Shown piece after piece: positions 39,570-48,692 of a DNA stretch of 64,000 nucleotides (position 1 is its first letter; the number at the start of each line of letters is the position of its first letter). The notes beneath the pieces are model-generated. The model worked only from the letters and a program-made list of their open reading frames with translations. It did not search any database and had not been told where the DNA came from. Source of the DNA: Klebsiella phage fENko-Kae01; the sequence record OR228459.1; one strand, 5' to 3'. Made by a program: the position numbers and the translations under genes.

Positions 39570-40373
39570 TTATGTAGTTGGGCCTACATTACTTGTGGGA
39601 AATCTACGACCACCTCCCCAAATAATACGCACACCACCCAATCCTTCATCAGTACTTGTATTACCAGCACCACGATATATGGTTGTACCCGGAACCGCAC
39701 TACCTGAACTACCACGATAATGTGCAGCAGAACCACTTCCAGATTCACCCATACCAAATAAACCAACTGCACCACCTGAAGCAGCTATACCGCCCCCTCC
39801 GCCAGCACCACCAGCACCAGAACTGCCAGATGAACTACTTGCACCATTACCACCATTACCTTCATAGCCACCAGCACCACCTGAGCCGCCTCTTTCATAT
39901 CGATAAGTACCAGAAGTCGGCCCACTACCACCTCTACCACCATCGCCGCCGCCATCGTTTATTTGACTGGCATTCTTTCCACCAACACCTCCTGACCCTC
40001 CGGCACCACTAGACATTGTAGTACCATAACTGCCCATTTTTCCACCACCAGCAATGCAAGCATTTGAGTTATTTTGTAATACATAAGAATTTCCACCATC
40101 AGAATTGGCTGTATAACCATTTACACCAACTGTAACTGATAGTACTTCACCGGGAGTTACCACTACATCATTCCTATAACTTAAACCACCGCCACCGCCA
40201 CCACCACCAGTACTTCCAGTGCCAACCCTACCACCACCGCCAACACATAATATACATATAGATTCAACATCATCTGGTACTATAAACTCAAATGTTCCAG
40301 ATTGAACCCAGACCATTTCCCCTTTTGGTGGTAATTTATTTCCGTATGTTAGCATTTTTGTAAATGGTATCAC
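39570..40373 (-). CDS. MIPF-family paralog 10: glycine-rich protein (267 aa, GTG start)
   Basis: N-terminus (V/M)IPFTKMLTYGN followed by long GGxGG/GSG tracts. The opposite-strand ORFs 39584..39775 and 39656..40012 (His/Gln-rich) are mirror artefacts. Confidence 0.55.
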   Translation of the reverse strand: MIPFTKMLTYGNKLPPKGEMVWVQSGTFEFIVPDDVESICILCVGGGGRVGTGSTGGGGGGGGLSYRNDVVVTPGEVLSVTVGVNGYTANSDGGNSYVLQNNSNACIAGGGKMGSYGTTMSSGAGGSGGVGGKNASQINDGGGDGGRGGSGPTSGTYRYERGGSGGAGGYEGNGGNGASSSSGSSGAGGAGGGGGIAASGGAVGLFGMGESGSGSAAHYRGSSGSAVPGTTIYRGAGNTSTDEGLGGVRIIWGGGRRFPTSNVGPTT

Positions 40374-40383
40374 GATTGTCTCC

Positions 40384-41517
40384 TTAATTAATTCTTATTT
40401 TAGTAAAAATATTATTTTCTGAACCATCAGATTTTTTTCCCGGTAAAACACTAATACTTCCAACTCCCCAAATATCATTTCCATCAAATATTAAAGAATA
40501 AAAAGTTCCACCCAAAATCTGTACTTTTTTGTTATCTTGTACTGTTGTAAATTTAGGAATTTCTTTAAAAATAGAGGATGCCTGTGGTAAGCCACTATAT
40601 TCAACTAGACCCGTTGCATAAAATGTACCGTTAGTACCTAAAAATATATTTCTGTTTGGTGTACCCTTTAACTTTCCTCCAATAACCATTTGGGATGGCA
40701 TGTTTATTTTGGTTGACCAAGATTTAAGCTGAGTATTTGAATTTACACCGTCACCTAATATCCCATTAATTTGCCAACCAGAACCTGCTATTGTCGTTGG
40801 TGTCCAATATGATAATGTACTAGCACGTGTTGCCATAAAGGATGATGTGCCACCATTAAGTATTATCCCCCACGTATACTTATTTTCTGAATTACCAGAA
40901 CCAAATTGACCATAAGGCTGTTGTCCCGCTCCATACAAATATACGGAAGTGGGTGAAATTCCACGAGCTATCATAGAATAGTCTCCAACATATAATTCTT
41001 GATGGTAAGTAGTACCAACTCGCGTAAATGAACTTATCCGATTTGTAGATCCTAGACCACACGCCCCATTACTATTCCAACCTCTTGAATATAATTGATT
41101 GTCGATATCAATATATCCCATAGTGTATAAACCAATATCTAATTCTTTCACCGAATCATAAGATGGCATAGTATTAGTTATATCATCACCTTCTATTGGA
41201 GATAATCCACCAGTAGTATTCTTGGTTCCTAATACATCATAGTTTCCATTAAAAATCCATTTTCCATCCTTAGTATATATTAATGTACTCTTAGAACCAC
41301 ACCAAACATCTTCTGCATTTCTATCCAGTACTACAAACTCGTAGTACTGATATGTTGCTGTGCAATCCTTTAACTGATTAGAATTGTTATAACCAATACC
41401 ATATAGTAATCCACTTTCCATTAATACCACATAATGTGTATCACCACATGATATTTTCTTTATATTACTTGGTACAACTACATTACCATATCCCAATATC
41501 CTCGCAAATGGTATCAT
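40384..41517 (-). CDS. MIPF-family paralog 11: RCC1-like repeat protein (377 aa)
   Basis: Track ORF 40384..41535 trimmed to the MIPFARILGYGN start. Confidence 0.65.
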   Translation of the reverse strand: MIPFARILGYGNVVVPSNIKKISCGDTHYVVLMESGLLYGIGYNNSNQLKDCTATYQYYEFVVLDRNAEDVWCGSKSTLIYTKDGKWIFNGNYDVLGTKNTTGGLSPIEGDDITNTMPSYDSVKELDIGLYTMGYIDIDNQLYSRGWNSNGACGLGSTNRISSFTRVGTTYHQELYVGDYSMIARGISPTSVYLYGAGQQPYGQFGSGNSENKYTWGIILNGGTSSFMATRASTLSYWTPTTIAGSGWQINGILGDGVNSNTQLKSWSTKINMPSQMVIGGKLKGTPNRNIFLGTNGTFYATGLVEYSGLPQASSIFKEIPKFTTVQDNKKVQILGGTFYSLIFDGNDIWGVGSISVLPGKKSDGSENNIFTKIRIN

Positions 41518-41559
41518 ATATCCCCCATAATTCATGTAATTATACTATATTTAATTAAA

Positions 41560-41590
41560 AAAGGCTAGTACGCACTTGTACTAGCCATCT
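41560..41590 (-). terminator. intra-array terminator hairpin (minus-strand T-tract)
   Basis: GGCTAGTACgcactTGTACTAGCC followed on the minus strand by TTTTTTAATTAA, then the conserved leader. Confidence 0.5.
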
Positions 41591-41591
41591 C

Positions 41592-42737
41592 TCAATTAAT
41601 AGATTTAATATCAACTTCTGCACCCAATGACAATTTAGTAAAGGTAGTTGTATCTTGACTTAAGGAAGGAAAAGAAGAACCACTATACCAAATTGTATTT
41701 CTAGTTATTATCATAGTATTAGTTGAATTAGCACATATTCCAATTATATCATTAAGTACTAACTCATCTGGCAAATTAATAATTGTCTTATTTTGGGGCG
41801 TAACCTTATTACCTAAACCCAATTGTCCACTTGTATTATTTCCAGTACAATATAAATCATTATTCACACTAAAAAATGTACCATAACGTGTTAATATAGA
41901 ATATGGATGATTGAAAAACTTATTAGCACCAACCATACTATACAAACCCGTAATACCAATTTGGGCTGTACTTCCATTACCCATACAATAATAAGTACCT
42001 AATCCCGCTCCATATATCCAACTTTGATTAATAGACATAACCGCCGATGGCATTAAACTCCATGAAATGTTAGAAGTTCTAGGAGCAGAAGCAACTTGTA
42101 CTTCATTCGGCGTAGGTGATGTTCCAAGCATCGATGGTGCATTACCAAAACCACAGATAACATCATATGCACTGAACCATTTTCGATAAGCCGTTATGCC
42201 ATTATAAAGCTGTACATCTTTAACCCTAGAAACCATTAAAGTAGGTACTGATAACATTCCATTTAAGGCAACCTTATTACTTAAACTATAAGTACTATTC
42301 CTACCAACCATATATAAATCACCATATGTGCGATCAGTCGAATTCGGTATTAAATAAGCCATGTTGTTTAAAGTAGCTGTAATGTTATAAGCATCACTAG
42401 GAATAGTAAAGGGAAGTTTGGTAAAACTATATACATTACTATTAAGCCCTAAACATGTGCGGTTGCCAGATATATAGTACTGACCATCATTTCCTTGAAT
42501 GATCACACTCATATCAGTAGCACATACCACTTTTTTAATATTACCTGCAATCAATCTCCATTCAGATAATGGTGCAGAATCACCAGTACCCAATTGACCC
42601 TGACTATTATCCCCTAATGCAAATAAATTACCAATAGAATCTATATATAATGCAAAATAATTCAATCCACAGAATTGAACTATTTTTGCATCCGGTAATG
42701 TGTTCCCATAATCCAATATCCTAGCAAACGGTATCAT
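41592..42737 (-). CDS. MIPF-family paralog 12: RCC1-like repeat protein (381 aa)
   Basis: N-terminus MIPFARILDYGN. GDNSQGQLGTGD. Confidence 0.65.
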   Translation of the reverse strand: MIPFARILDYGNTLPDAKIVQFCGLNYFALYIDSIGNLFALGDNSQGQLGTGDSAPLSEWRLIAGNIKKVVCATDMSVIIQGNDGQYYISGNRTCLGLNSNVYSFTKLPFTIPSDAYNITATLNNMAYLIPNSTDRTYGDLYMVGRNSTYSLSNKVALNGMLSVPTLMVSRVKDVQLYNGITAYRKWFSAYDVICGFGNAPSMLGTSPTPNEVQVASAPRTSNISWSLMPSAVMSINQSWIYGAGLGTYYCMGNGSTAQIGITGLYSMVGANKFFNHPYSILTRYGTFFSVNNDLYCTGNNTSGQLGLGNKVTPQNKTIINLPDELVLNDIIGICANSTNTMIITRNTIWYSGSSFPSLSQDTTTFTKLSLGAEVDIKSIN

Positions 42738-43933
42738 ATATTATCCTCTCTTAAATTAAAATCTGTTATTAATGTAAAATTCTCAGATAATGGTGTACTT
42801 AATGGCGTAAATCCAACACCAGCACTTGTTGTTAACCCCGAACCCTTTGCATATAGTAACGGGGCCATATTCAATGCACAAAGAGCAAACATCCTCGTAT
42901 TTGTATAAGCCCTATATGTGTTCCCATTGCCCTGTACTGTATATCTTGGCGTGAATGTGAGAAGACGATCTCCACCACCTCCATCCATATAACCCGCAAA
43001 ATATAGTACACCATTAGTATCAGATAGGATATTCGTCCAATACGTCTGGATGGATGTCCCAAATAGTGATAATAAATTACCCGGCTTAAATGCTAATTGT
43101 GCAGTATATAACCGAACATTCGCATCTACACTAATATTACCTATCCCCCACGCACCAGCATAATTTCTTCCTGAACAATAATATTTTCCGTCCGTCCTAA
43201 AAAGCATAAAATGTGTTTGACTTATACGAAATGCATTATATTCATAATCTACCTCAGATGTAGCCTCAGAAAATAATTGTGTCCATGTAGTATATACAGT
43301 ACTTTGAGATGTAGTCTGCATCTGTTGATAAGTGTTATCTCCAGTACCCCAAAATGTTCCATCCAAATCCTGATATACTCCATTAATATTCGTTATCCAA
43401 CAATCCTGTACTGACGATTTTAATAGTACTGGCGTGAAACTAGGAGTTTTATTAGCACTACCAAAGTAACCATAATCGTTTTTTCCATGTGCATATAATG
43501 AACCATCATTCAACAAAATATAAACTGTGTTGTAATTCATTGTTATTTTCTTAATCTTTAATATATCAAAATACGTAGAATAAAATGAAGTCTTATCAAC
43601 CCATGTGGCTGTATTACTAGTACCATCATATATCGTCTGACGACCTGTATAAAATAATTTATCATCATTCGATAATACAAACGTTCCATATGTACTACCC
43701 CATGCAGTCTTTACATCCCTCTTAACTAAATGCATCTCACCATAGTAATTTACACCAACTGGAAAACCCAAAACATATCCATAATTCTTATCACAGGTTC
43801 CCCATAACTCTCCATTATTCAAATGCATCCACATCGTCGCGGCGGTATTATCCGAATCCAAAAAGAAGTCAATCACTTTTGCGGGTGCTGCTACCTTATT
43901 CCCATACTCTAATATCCTAGTAAATGGTATCAT
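42734..43933 (-). CDS. MIPF-family paralog 13: beta-propeller-like protein (399 aa)
   Basis: N-terminus MIPFTRILEYGN. ATGA overlap with paralog 12. First gene of the array, reading from the 43.9-45.6 kb control region. Confidence 0.6.
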   Translation of the reverse strand: MIPFTRILEYGNKVAAPAKVIDFFLDSDNTAATMWMHLNNGELWGTCDKNYGYVLGFPVGVNYYGEMHLVKRDVKTAWGSTYGTFVLSNDDKLFYTGRQTIYDGTSNTATWVDKTSFYSTYFDILKIKKITMNYNTVYILLNDGSLYAHGKNDYGYFGSANKTPSFTPVLLKSSVQDCWITNINGVYQDLDGTFWGTGDNTYQQMQTTSQSTVYTTWTQLFSEATSEVDYEYNAFRISQTHFMLFRTDGKYYCSGRNYAGAWGIGNISVDANVRLYTAQLAFKPGNLLSLFGTSIQTYWTNILSDTNGVLYFAGYMDGGGGDRLLTFTPRYTVQGNGNTYRAYTNTRMFALCALNMAPLLYAKGSGLTTSAGVGFTPLSTPLSENFTLITDFNLREDNI

Positions 43934-44747
43934 ATTATCCCCCTATAATTATCATTATATCATATTTACCCATATATATACCCTTTTTAATATATTAGAA
44001 AACTCTATAGTACTACCATATATACACCATATAAACGCATAGAAAGCCATAAGAGAAGACTTCTCCAATATTATACACAGGTGTAGCTCCTGTAGATAGC
44101 GGCTCTTAGACGCTTATCGAAAGGATTCAACACCTGTAAAAATACCCAATTGTTAATATGTACAGTACTTTTACTTTTAAAATTATTCAGGAAATAGTTA
44201 CACATTGAACTATATTAGTAAGTACTAATGGAAGCTACTATTCAGTACTTACCCCCTTCCGCTATATCTTCTCTGTATAAGAAGATAGAAAAGTACTAAA
44301 AAGTACTACACACCTTTTTTACAAAGTACCATTCAACCTTTTTCCCGAAAGTACTCCATCCTAAATCCCAATCCTAGAAATTTTGGAGTACCCTCCAACC
44401 TCCAGCTAAAATCTCAAAAGTACTCCATCCTAAATCTGAATCAACAAAATGCTGGACAACCATTCAGTACTAAATTATAATGTTATTAGTGGGAATCTAC
44501 CCTCGTATATATGATGCTGTATATAATATCAGTACTGAACGAATTAACAGTATTAGTAGATATACCAGTACTGAAAATATTTTGAAAATAGTTGTTGACA
44601 CCGTGGGAATATTTTGACATAATACACGGCATGGAAGATGTGGTGAGTTATCATCCTGACTTCTGTCTTGTTTATGAAAATAGATTGAAACAGTACTAAC
44701 ACGTTTATAACAACGTAACAGTACTGATATGAAGTGAAAAGTATTAC

Positions 44748-44767
44748 CCACCAGCTTAAGCTGGTGG
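44748..44767. repeat. perfect 20-bp palindrome carrying Chi in both orientations (CCACCAGCTTAAGCTGGTGG)
   Basis: Read directly. Contains 5'-GCTGGTGG-3' and its reverse complement. Confidence 0.8.
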
Positions 44768-44949
44768 ATGTGGTTAGAATAATAAGAAGGGGAATCCCCA
44801 ATCATACGATGAACTATATTCAATTCTACCAGTACTGCGAATAGTTACTCCACAAGAATGAGAAGACTGTTGTAGTACTGAACTTTTTATGACGAGAAAA
44901 TTTGAATAGATTTTGGGTGTACTTATCCTGTACTCTGGACGGATTAAGG

Positions 44950-45065
44950 GCGTGTTTGATTCTCATTCGCATATAAGAATGATAAACTTTCTCAACATGA
45001 GAATGGTTCTCAGTTGCAAATAAGAATAGTTCTCAAATGAGAATAATAATGATTATCGTTTTCAG
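44950..45065. promoter_or_regulatory. cluster of Fur-box-like / GAGAAT-ATTCTC palindromic repeats
   Basis: aagaatgataaac, tgagaatggttctca, aagaatagttctcaaatgagaataataatgattatcg. The last resembles the Fur box GATAATGATAATCATTATC. Confidence 0.35.
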
Positions 45066-45269
45066 TACTAGACTAATTTTTCCATTGGCTAGCCTACCGC
45101 GACGGAATATAATATTCCGGCAGTATCACGAATCAGCTTGTTTTAAATCTGCCGTTATTATCTCAATATCTGGGTAGAATGTCAAGCTAATATTTTAAAA
45201 AATAAATGCTTGACACGTTGGCAGTACTTTGCTATTATATACACATAGCAAGAACAATGCTCAAGCCCA

Positions 45270-45362
45270 CAGGGTGCGGAGGTGTATTCGTTAAAAGCTA
45301 AATGCGAATGATTATCATTTCGCTCATATGATACATTTCCGCACCCTCTAGGGTCTCCGCTT
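45270..45362. repeat. inverted pair of the ACCCACAGGGTGC element flanking a Fur-box-like palindrome
   Basis: CCACAGGGTGCGGAGG ... gcgAATGATTATCATTtcg ... TTCCGCACCCTCTAGGG. Confidence 0.5.
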
Positions 45363-45476
45363 TCTCGCGTCTATATAGTAATTATACGGTAATGCGGTTT
45401 ATGCGTCAAGTACTTTTTTAAAGAAAATCGAAAATAATTTAGTACTATATGTATATAAGGAAGGAAAAAGAATTTT

Positions 45477-45515
45477 CAAAAAGTACTTGCATTCTAATTT
45501 AACCTATTGCATAAT
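45477..45515 (+). promoter_or_regulatory. early-type promoter (AAAAAGTACTTGCAT...CATAAT)
   Basis: aaaaagtacttgcattctaatttaacctattgcataat, upstream of 45560. Confidence 0.45.
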
Positions 45516-45559
45516 AGCTACATCGAAACGAGATACACAAACACATTAAGGAAAACGAT

Positions 45560-45793
45560 ATGATTCGCATTGTTCGCATTAATTACTCTACCGGTGAAGC
45601 TGATAAAGTAGCGGTTATTGTATCAGAAAAGAATGATGATCATCTACACAATACGCTGATGCGTTTTGTTAGTGCGGTTGACCGTTGGGCTAGTATTGAG
45701 TACTTAGAAACGTTTAAAGTCCCTGCCGTCCAGCTTAACGGGCATGATATTAAAGCAATTTGGAATGCTGACGAAATGATCGCGAACATGTAA
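45560..45793 (+). CDS. hypothetical small protein (77 aa)
   Basis: AAGGAAAA RBS. Confidence 0.55.
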   Translation: MIRIVRINYSTGEADKVAVIVSEKNDDHLHNTLMRFVSAVDRWASIEYLETFKVPAVQLNGHDIKAIWNADEMIANM

Positions 45794-45884
45794 TTATTTC
45801 AAGTACTATCAAAATTTACTTGACTTACTTTGATAGTACTTTATAATACTTACATACAAACGAAGTACTATTAAGGAAAGCATT

Positions 45885-46016
45885 ATGATCACTATCGAGA
45901 AAATCCGTTTAGCAGTAGAAGAACTGATCGCGGCTGGCTGGATTGTCGCAGAAAGTGAAGAAGAAATTAACATTGTAGTAAATGGTATGTATTCAGTTAT
46001 GACAAACGTGGAGTAA
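45885..46016 (+). CDS. small hypothetical protein (43 aa, not in ORF track)
   Basis: Own promoter cassette (ttgact...tttataatacttacatacaaacgaagtactattaaggaaag) plus a TAAGGAAA RBS, identical in arrangement to the next gene. Confidence 0.5.
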   Translation: MITIEKIRLAVEELIAAGWIVAESEEEINIVVNGMYSVMTNVE

Positions 46017-46098
46017 GTTAGTATTAAAAGTACTTGCATTTACTTAGCGAGTACTTTATAATACTTACATACAAACGAAACACTATTAAGGAAATATC

Positions 46099-46716
46099 AT
46101 GGAAAACATTATCGACGTTATCAAGTCTGTTTCTTATGCTGATCTGAATGAAGCACAAAAAGAAAAAGCTATTGAGATCATGCGAGAGTTAGAGAATCAA
46201 GAAATGACTCCGTTTTGGTCTGTAGATATTACTGATCAATGGAAAGAAACTTTAGACACTGAATACGGCATTACTGATGCAGTGATTTATTGGTCTGGTT
46301 TTTGTTCACAAGGTGACGGTGCATCGATTAGTACTGAATACTATATTGATATTGAGAAGTTTTTACGTAAATGTAAAGCGTGGTCAAAATTCCGTGTACT
46401 GCACAAAATTATTGACCGTGAAGAAATTCATGCTAAGATTGATCGTAGCTCAAGCCGTTACAATCATGAAAACACTGTAAGCGGTAGCGTAGAGCTTGAT
46501 TATAACATTGATTGGACGGCGAAGCAGGAAAGCGAAGCTGAACGCTTAGAAGAATTTTTGACCGAAACTATTCGCGAACTTTCTTGTAAGCTGTATAAAG
46601 AACTTGATAATGAGAATGATTATCAAAACAGCGATGATGCCCTTTGGTCTACCATTGAAGCAAATGAATATGATTTTGCTGTAAACTCAAACGGCGACGT
46701 TTTGCGTATCGCCTAA
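46099..46716 (+). CDS. hypothetical acidic protein (205 aa)
   Basis: Duplicate of the upstream promoter cassette. TAAGGAAA RBS. Confidence 0.6.
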   Translation: MENIIDVIKSVSYADLNEAQKEKAIEIMRELENQEMTPFWSVDITDQWKETLDTEYGITDAVIYWSGFCSQGDGASISTEYYIDIEKFLRKCKAWSKFRVLHKIIDREEIHAKIDRSSSRYNHENTVSGSVELDYNIDWTAKQESEAERLEEFLTETIRELSCKLYKELDNENDYQNSDDALWSTIEANEYDFAVNSNGDVLRIA

Positions 46717-46733
46717 AGTACTGACATACTGTA

Positions 46734-46764
46734 AAACGCTCTATAACGCATTGTAGGGCGTTTT
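46734..46764 (+). terminator. putative rho-independent terminator
   Basis: AACGC...GCGTTTT hairpin. Confidence 0.4.
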
Positions 46765-47008
46765 AAGGAATAGCAGTATCATTTATCATCTTAATTAATT
46801 AAACGGCGTAGACGGCGATTTATGAGCAAACAAGATATATTGAAAGGGGATGTTTTATACTGGTTAGATCCTGATGATGGGATCTGTTCTGGATGGGTAA
46901 CAGTATTAGACGTTAATACTACAGTACTGGTAAAAGGTGCAACGGCAGAATTTGAAGTGCTACCCGAAGAACTTTATTCGCATGAAGTTTAAAAAGTACT
47001 TGCAAAGT

Positions 47009-47066
47009 AAATCTAAAAGCGTATAATGATTTGCATAGGGGGAAACATCTTCCCCCCACTATTAAG
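47009..47066 (+). promoter_or_regulatory. promoter (TTGCAA-16-TATAAT) + conserved 5'-leader hairpin type A (GGGGGAAacatcTTCCCCC)
   Basis: Member of a 10-copy leader family. Confidence 0.6.
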
Positions 47067-47076
47067 AGAAACGATT

Positions 47077-47517
47077 ATGACTATCTACTATCTGACTTAT
47101 AAAACCGCCGACAATGTAACTGATGCTAATGTGACCGCAAACACGGTACAGGAAGCAATGGAAGTACTGAAAGCGGAACTACCTGATATTCAGATCGTTT
47201 GTGTAGTTGATACCGAAACGAATCTTAAAACTATTATTGACCACTATGATTATTTCCGTGGGCGTAAGTTACAGGACTGGTATCATATCGAAATAGAAAC
47301 ACGTGAACTACCAGAAGAACAACAGCACTTTGAGCAGGGTACTAGCATTTGGGTTACTACCGATAAACGCATATATTTCTGTTCACGCATACACGTTAAC
47401 AAGCGTGTTAAAATTGGGGCAGATTCATATAGTGGACTGTTTACAAATAGTAACCTACTAAATGACAAGTACATAAAAGTTTATGAGCGTTTTGGAACTG
47501 ATATTTACGCTTCATAA
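47077..47517 (+). CDS. hypothetical protein (146 aa)
   Basis: Track ORF 47026..47517 trimmed to ATG 47077, which follows an AAGAGAAA RBS. The upstream part of the track ORF is the leader element. Confidence 0.55.
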   Translation: MTIYYLTYKTADNVTDANVTANTVQEAMEVLKAELPDIQIVCVVDTETNLKTIIDHYDYFRGRKLQDWYHIEIETRELPEEQQHFEQGTSIWVTTDKRIYFCSRIHVNKRVKIGADSYSGLFTNSNLLNDKYIKVYERFGTDIYAS

Positions 47518-47525
47518 TATCACAA

Positions 47526-47560
47526 AGGGGAAGCAATTGCTTCCCTGTTTATTTGTACAG
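47526..47560 (+). terminator. rho-independent terminator (GGGAAGCaattGCTTCCC + tgtttattt)
   Basis: Perfect palindromic stem with a T-rich tail. A near-copy lies at 55214. Confidence 0.6.
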
Positions 47561-47817
47561 TACTATAATCTATAGATACAATACCGCACCCCGTGGGCTA
47601 ATGTGTTTTCATGGGTATTATTATGCCAGTACTACAAACATTTGTCAATCATTATTTTCAATTAATTTAAACGCACTGTAACACTGTATAAGGCGTTTTG
47701 TTATTAAGGTAAGCAAACGTATTGAGTACTATCTAAAAGGCCGTTGTGGGCTTGCTGGTGGCGTTGTGTTGTAGTATTGAAATATAAGGAAAATATAAAA
47801 AAGGCTGTCAATGATTA

Positions 47818-47940
47818 AAAAAGTACTTGACGGATTGATTTAGTACTGTCATAATGTATCACATAGAGCGGCGGGATGGATAAACATTCCTAAGTAGACA
47901 GCCAGTAAGTCATACGAAAGACTGGTGCCGAACTGAAAGA
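47818..47940 (+). ncRNA. orphan promoter + ~80-nt structured ORF-free transcript (candidate sRNA)
   Basis: AAAAAGTACTTGACGG-18-TCATAAT at 47818-47858. Downstream region has the hairpin CCAGTaagtcatacgaaagaCTGG and no ORF, then runs into the next promoter at 47949. Confidence 0.3.
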
Positions 47941-48046
47941 AAGATTGAAAAGAGTTTTAAAAAGTACTTGACAAGCTGGTGGGAAATTGAGATAATGACC
48001 CCGTAGACAGCAAACAACCTAATTAAACTTTAAGAGGAAATATACA

Positions 48047-48634
48047 ATGACTACTACTACTGAAAATGCACGTGTTACCCTGAAATCTGCACTGGAAGCT
48101 GGCGACGTTAAAACCCTTGCTGTTATCCTTGCGAAAGTTGGTCATGATAAAGACGGCGTATCTAAATTGGGCTTGACTTTCTCACTGGCGGTTAAGGAAG
48201 CGAAGGAAGTACTTAAAGAGCAAGCCAAAGCAGCAGAAGAAGCTGCACGTCAGGCAGCAGAACGCCGCGAAGCTAAAAAGGCTGCACGTCAAGCCGAAGA
48301 AGAAAAGCGTCAGGCTGAGATCAAGGCAGAAAAAGAAAATATGCTCAAGTTCCTCATGGATACGGTTAACGGTATGGGCTTAGACCTTGAGGCGGCAGAA
48401 GCGGCAGCAGAAGCGGCAATTGTTAAAAAGTACGGCGATGTTAACAAAGTACCTAAGTATACTTTTAACCGTGTAGCGGTGATTGTAGACGGTAAAGAAT
48501 ACAACATGCCAACTTCTGGGAACATGGTAGAAGTACTTAAAAATGCACTTGAAGCAAGCGGTAAATCGCGTAAAGAGTTTATCATCGAACACGCGAAAGA
48601 CAAGGCAGAAGCGGAAGCGGCATTCGCTGAATAA
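48047..48634 (+). CDS. H-NS-like DNA-binding protein (195 aa)
   Basis: C-terminus KYTFNRVAVIVDGKEYNMPTSGNMVEVLKNALEASGKSRKEFIIEH aligns to the E. coli H-NS C-terminal domain ([40 protein letters not shown]). N-terminal part is coiled-coil with an Ala/Glu/Lys-rich linker. Strong promoter and RBS. Confidence 0.5.
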   Translation: MTTTTENARVTLKSALEAGDVKTLAVILAKVGHDKDGVSKLGLTFSLAVKEAKEVLKEQAKAAEEAARQAAERREAKKAARQAEEEKRQAEIKAEKENMLKFLMDTVNGMGLDLEAAEAAAEAAIVKKYGDVNKVPKYTFNRVAVIVDGKEYNMPTSGNMVEVLKNALEASGKSRKEFIIEHAKDKAEAEAAFAE

Positions 48635-48651
48635 TAACAGTACTAAACTAT

Positions 48652-48680
48652 AGGCGGCCTAAGTGGTCGCCTTTTTTTAA
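48652..48680 (+). terminator. rho-independent terminator
   Basis: GGCGGCCtaagtgGTCGCC + ttttttt. Confidence 0.55.
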
Positions 48681-48692
48681 TTGGGGGATTAT

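Noticed and set aside
39584-40012. Plus-strand ORFs (63 and 118 aa, His/Gln/Val-rich) opposite the Gly-rich gene
   Set aside because: They are mirror-image artefacts of the GGT/GGA-rich coding strand, with no RBS. The minus-strand MIPF paralog explains the region.
44060-44135. tRNA-like cloverleaf suspected from ACAGGTGTAGCTCC...GGATTCAACACCTGT
   Set aside because: Only the outer 8-bp stem pairs. There is no D-stem complement, no T-loop (TTCRANY) in the right register and no CCA context. Treated as a plain long-loop hairpin.
46821-46955. 44-aa ORF MSKQDILKGDVLYWLDPDDGICSGWVTV...
   Set aside because: No SD sequence, and it sits between a terminator and the next promoter. Kept only as a remote possibility.
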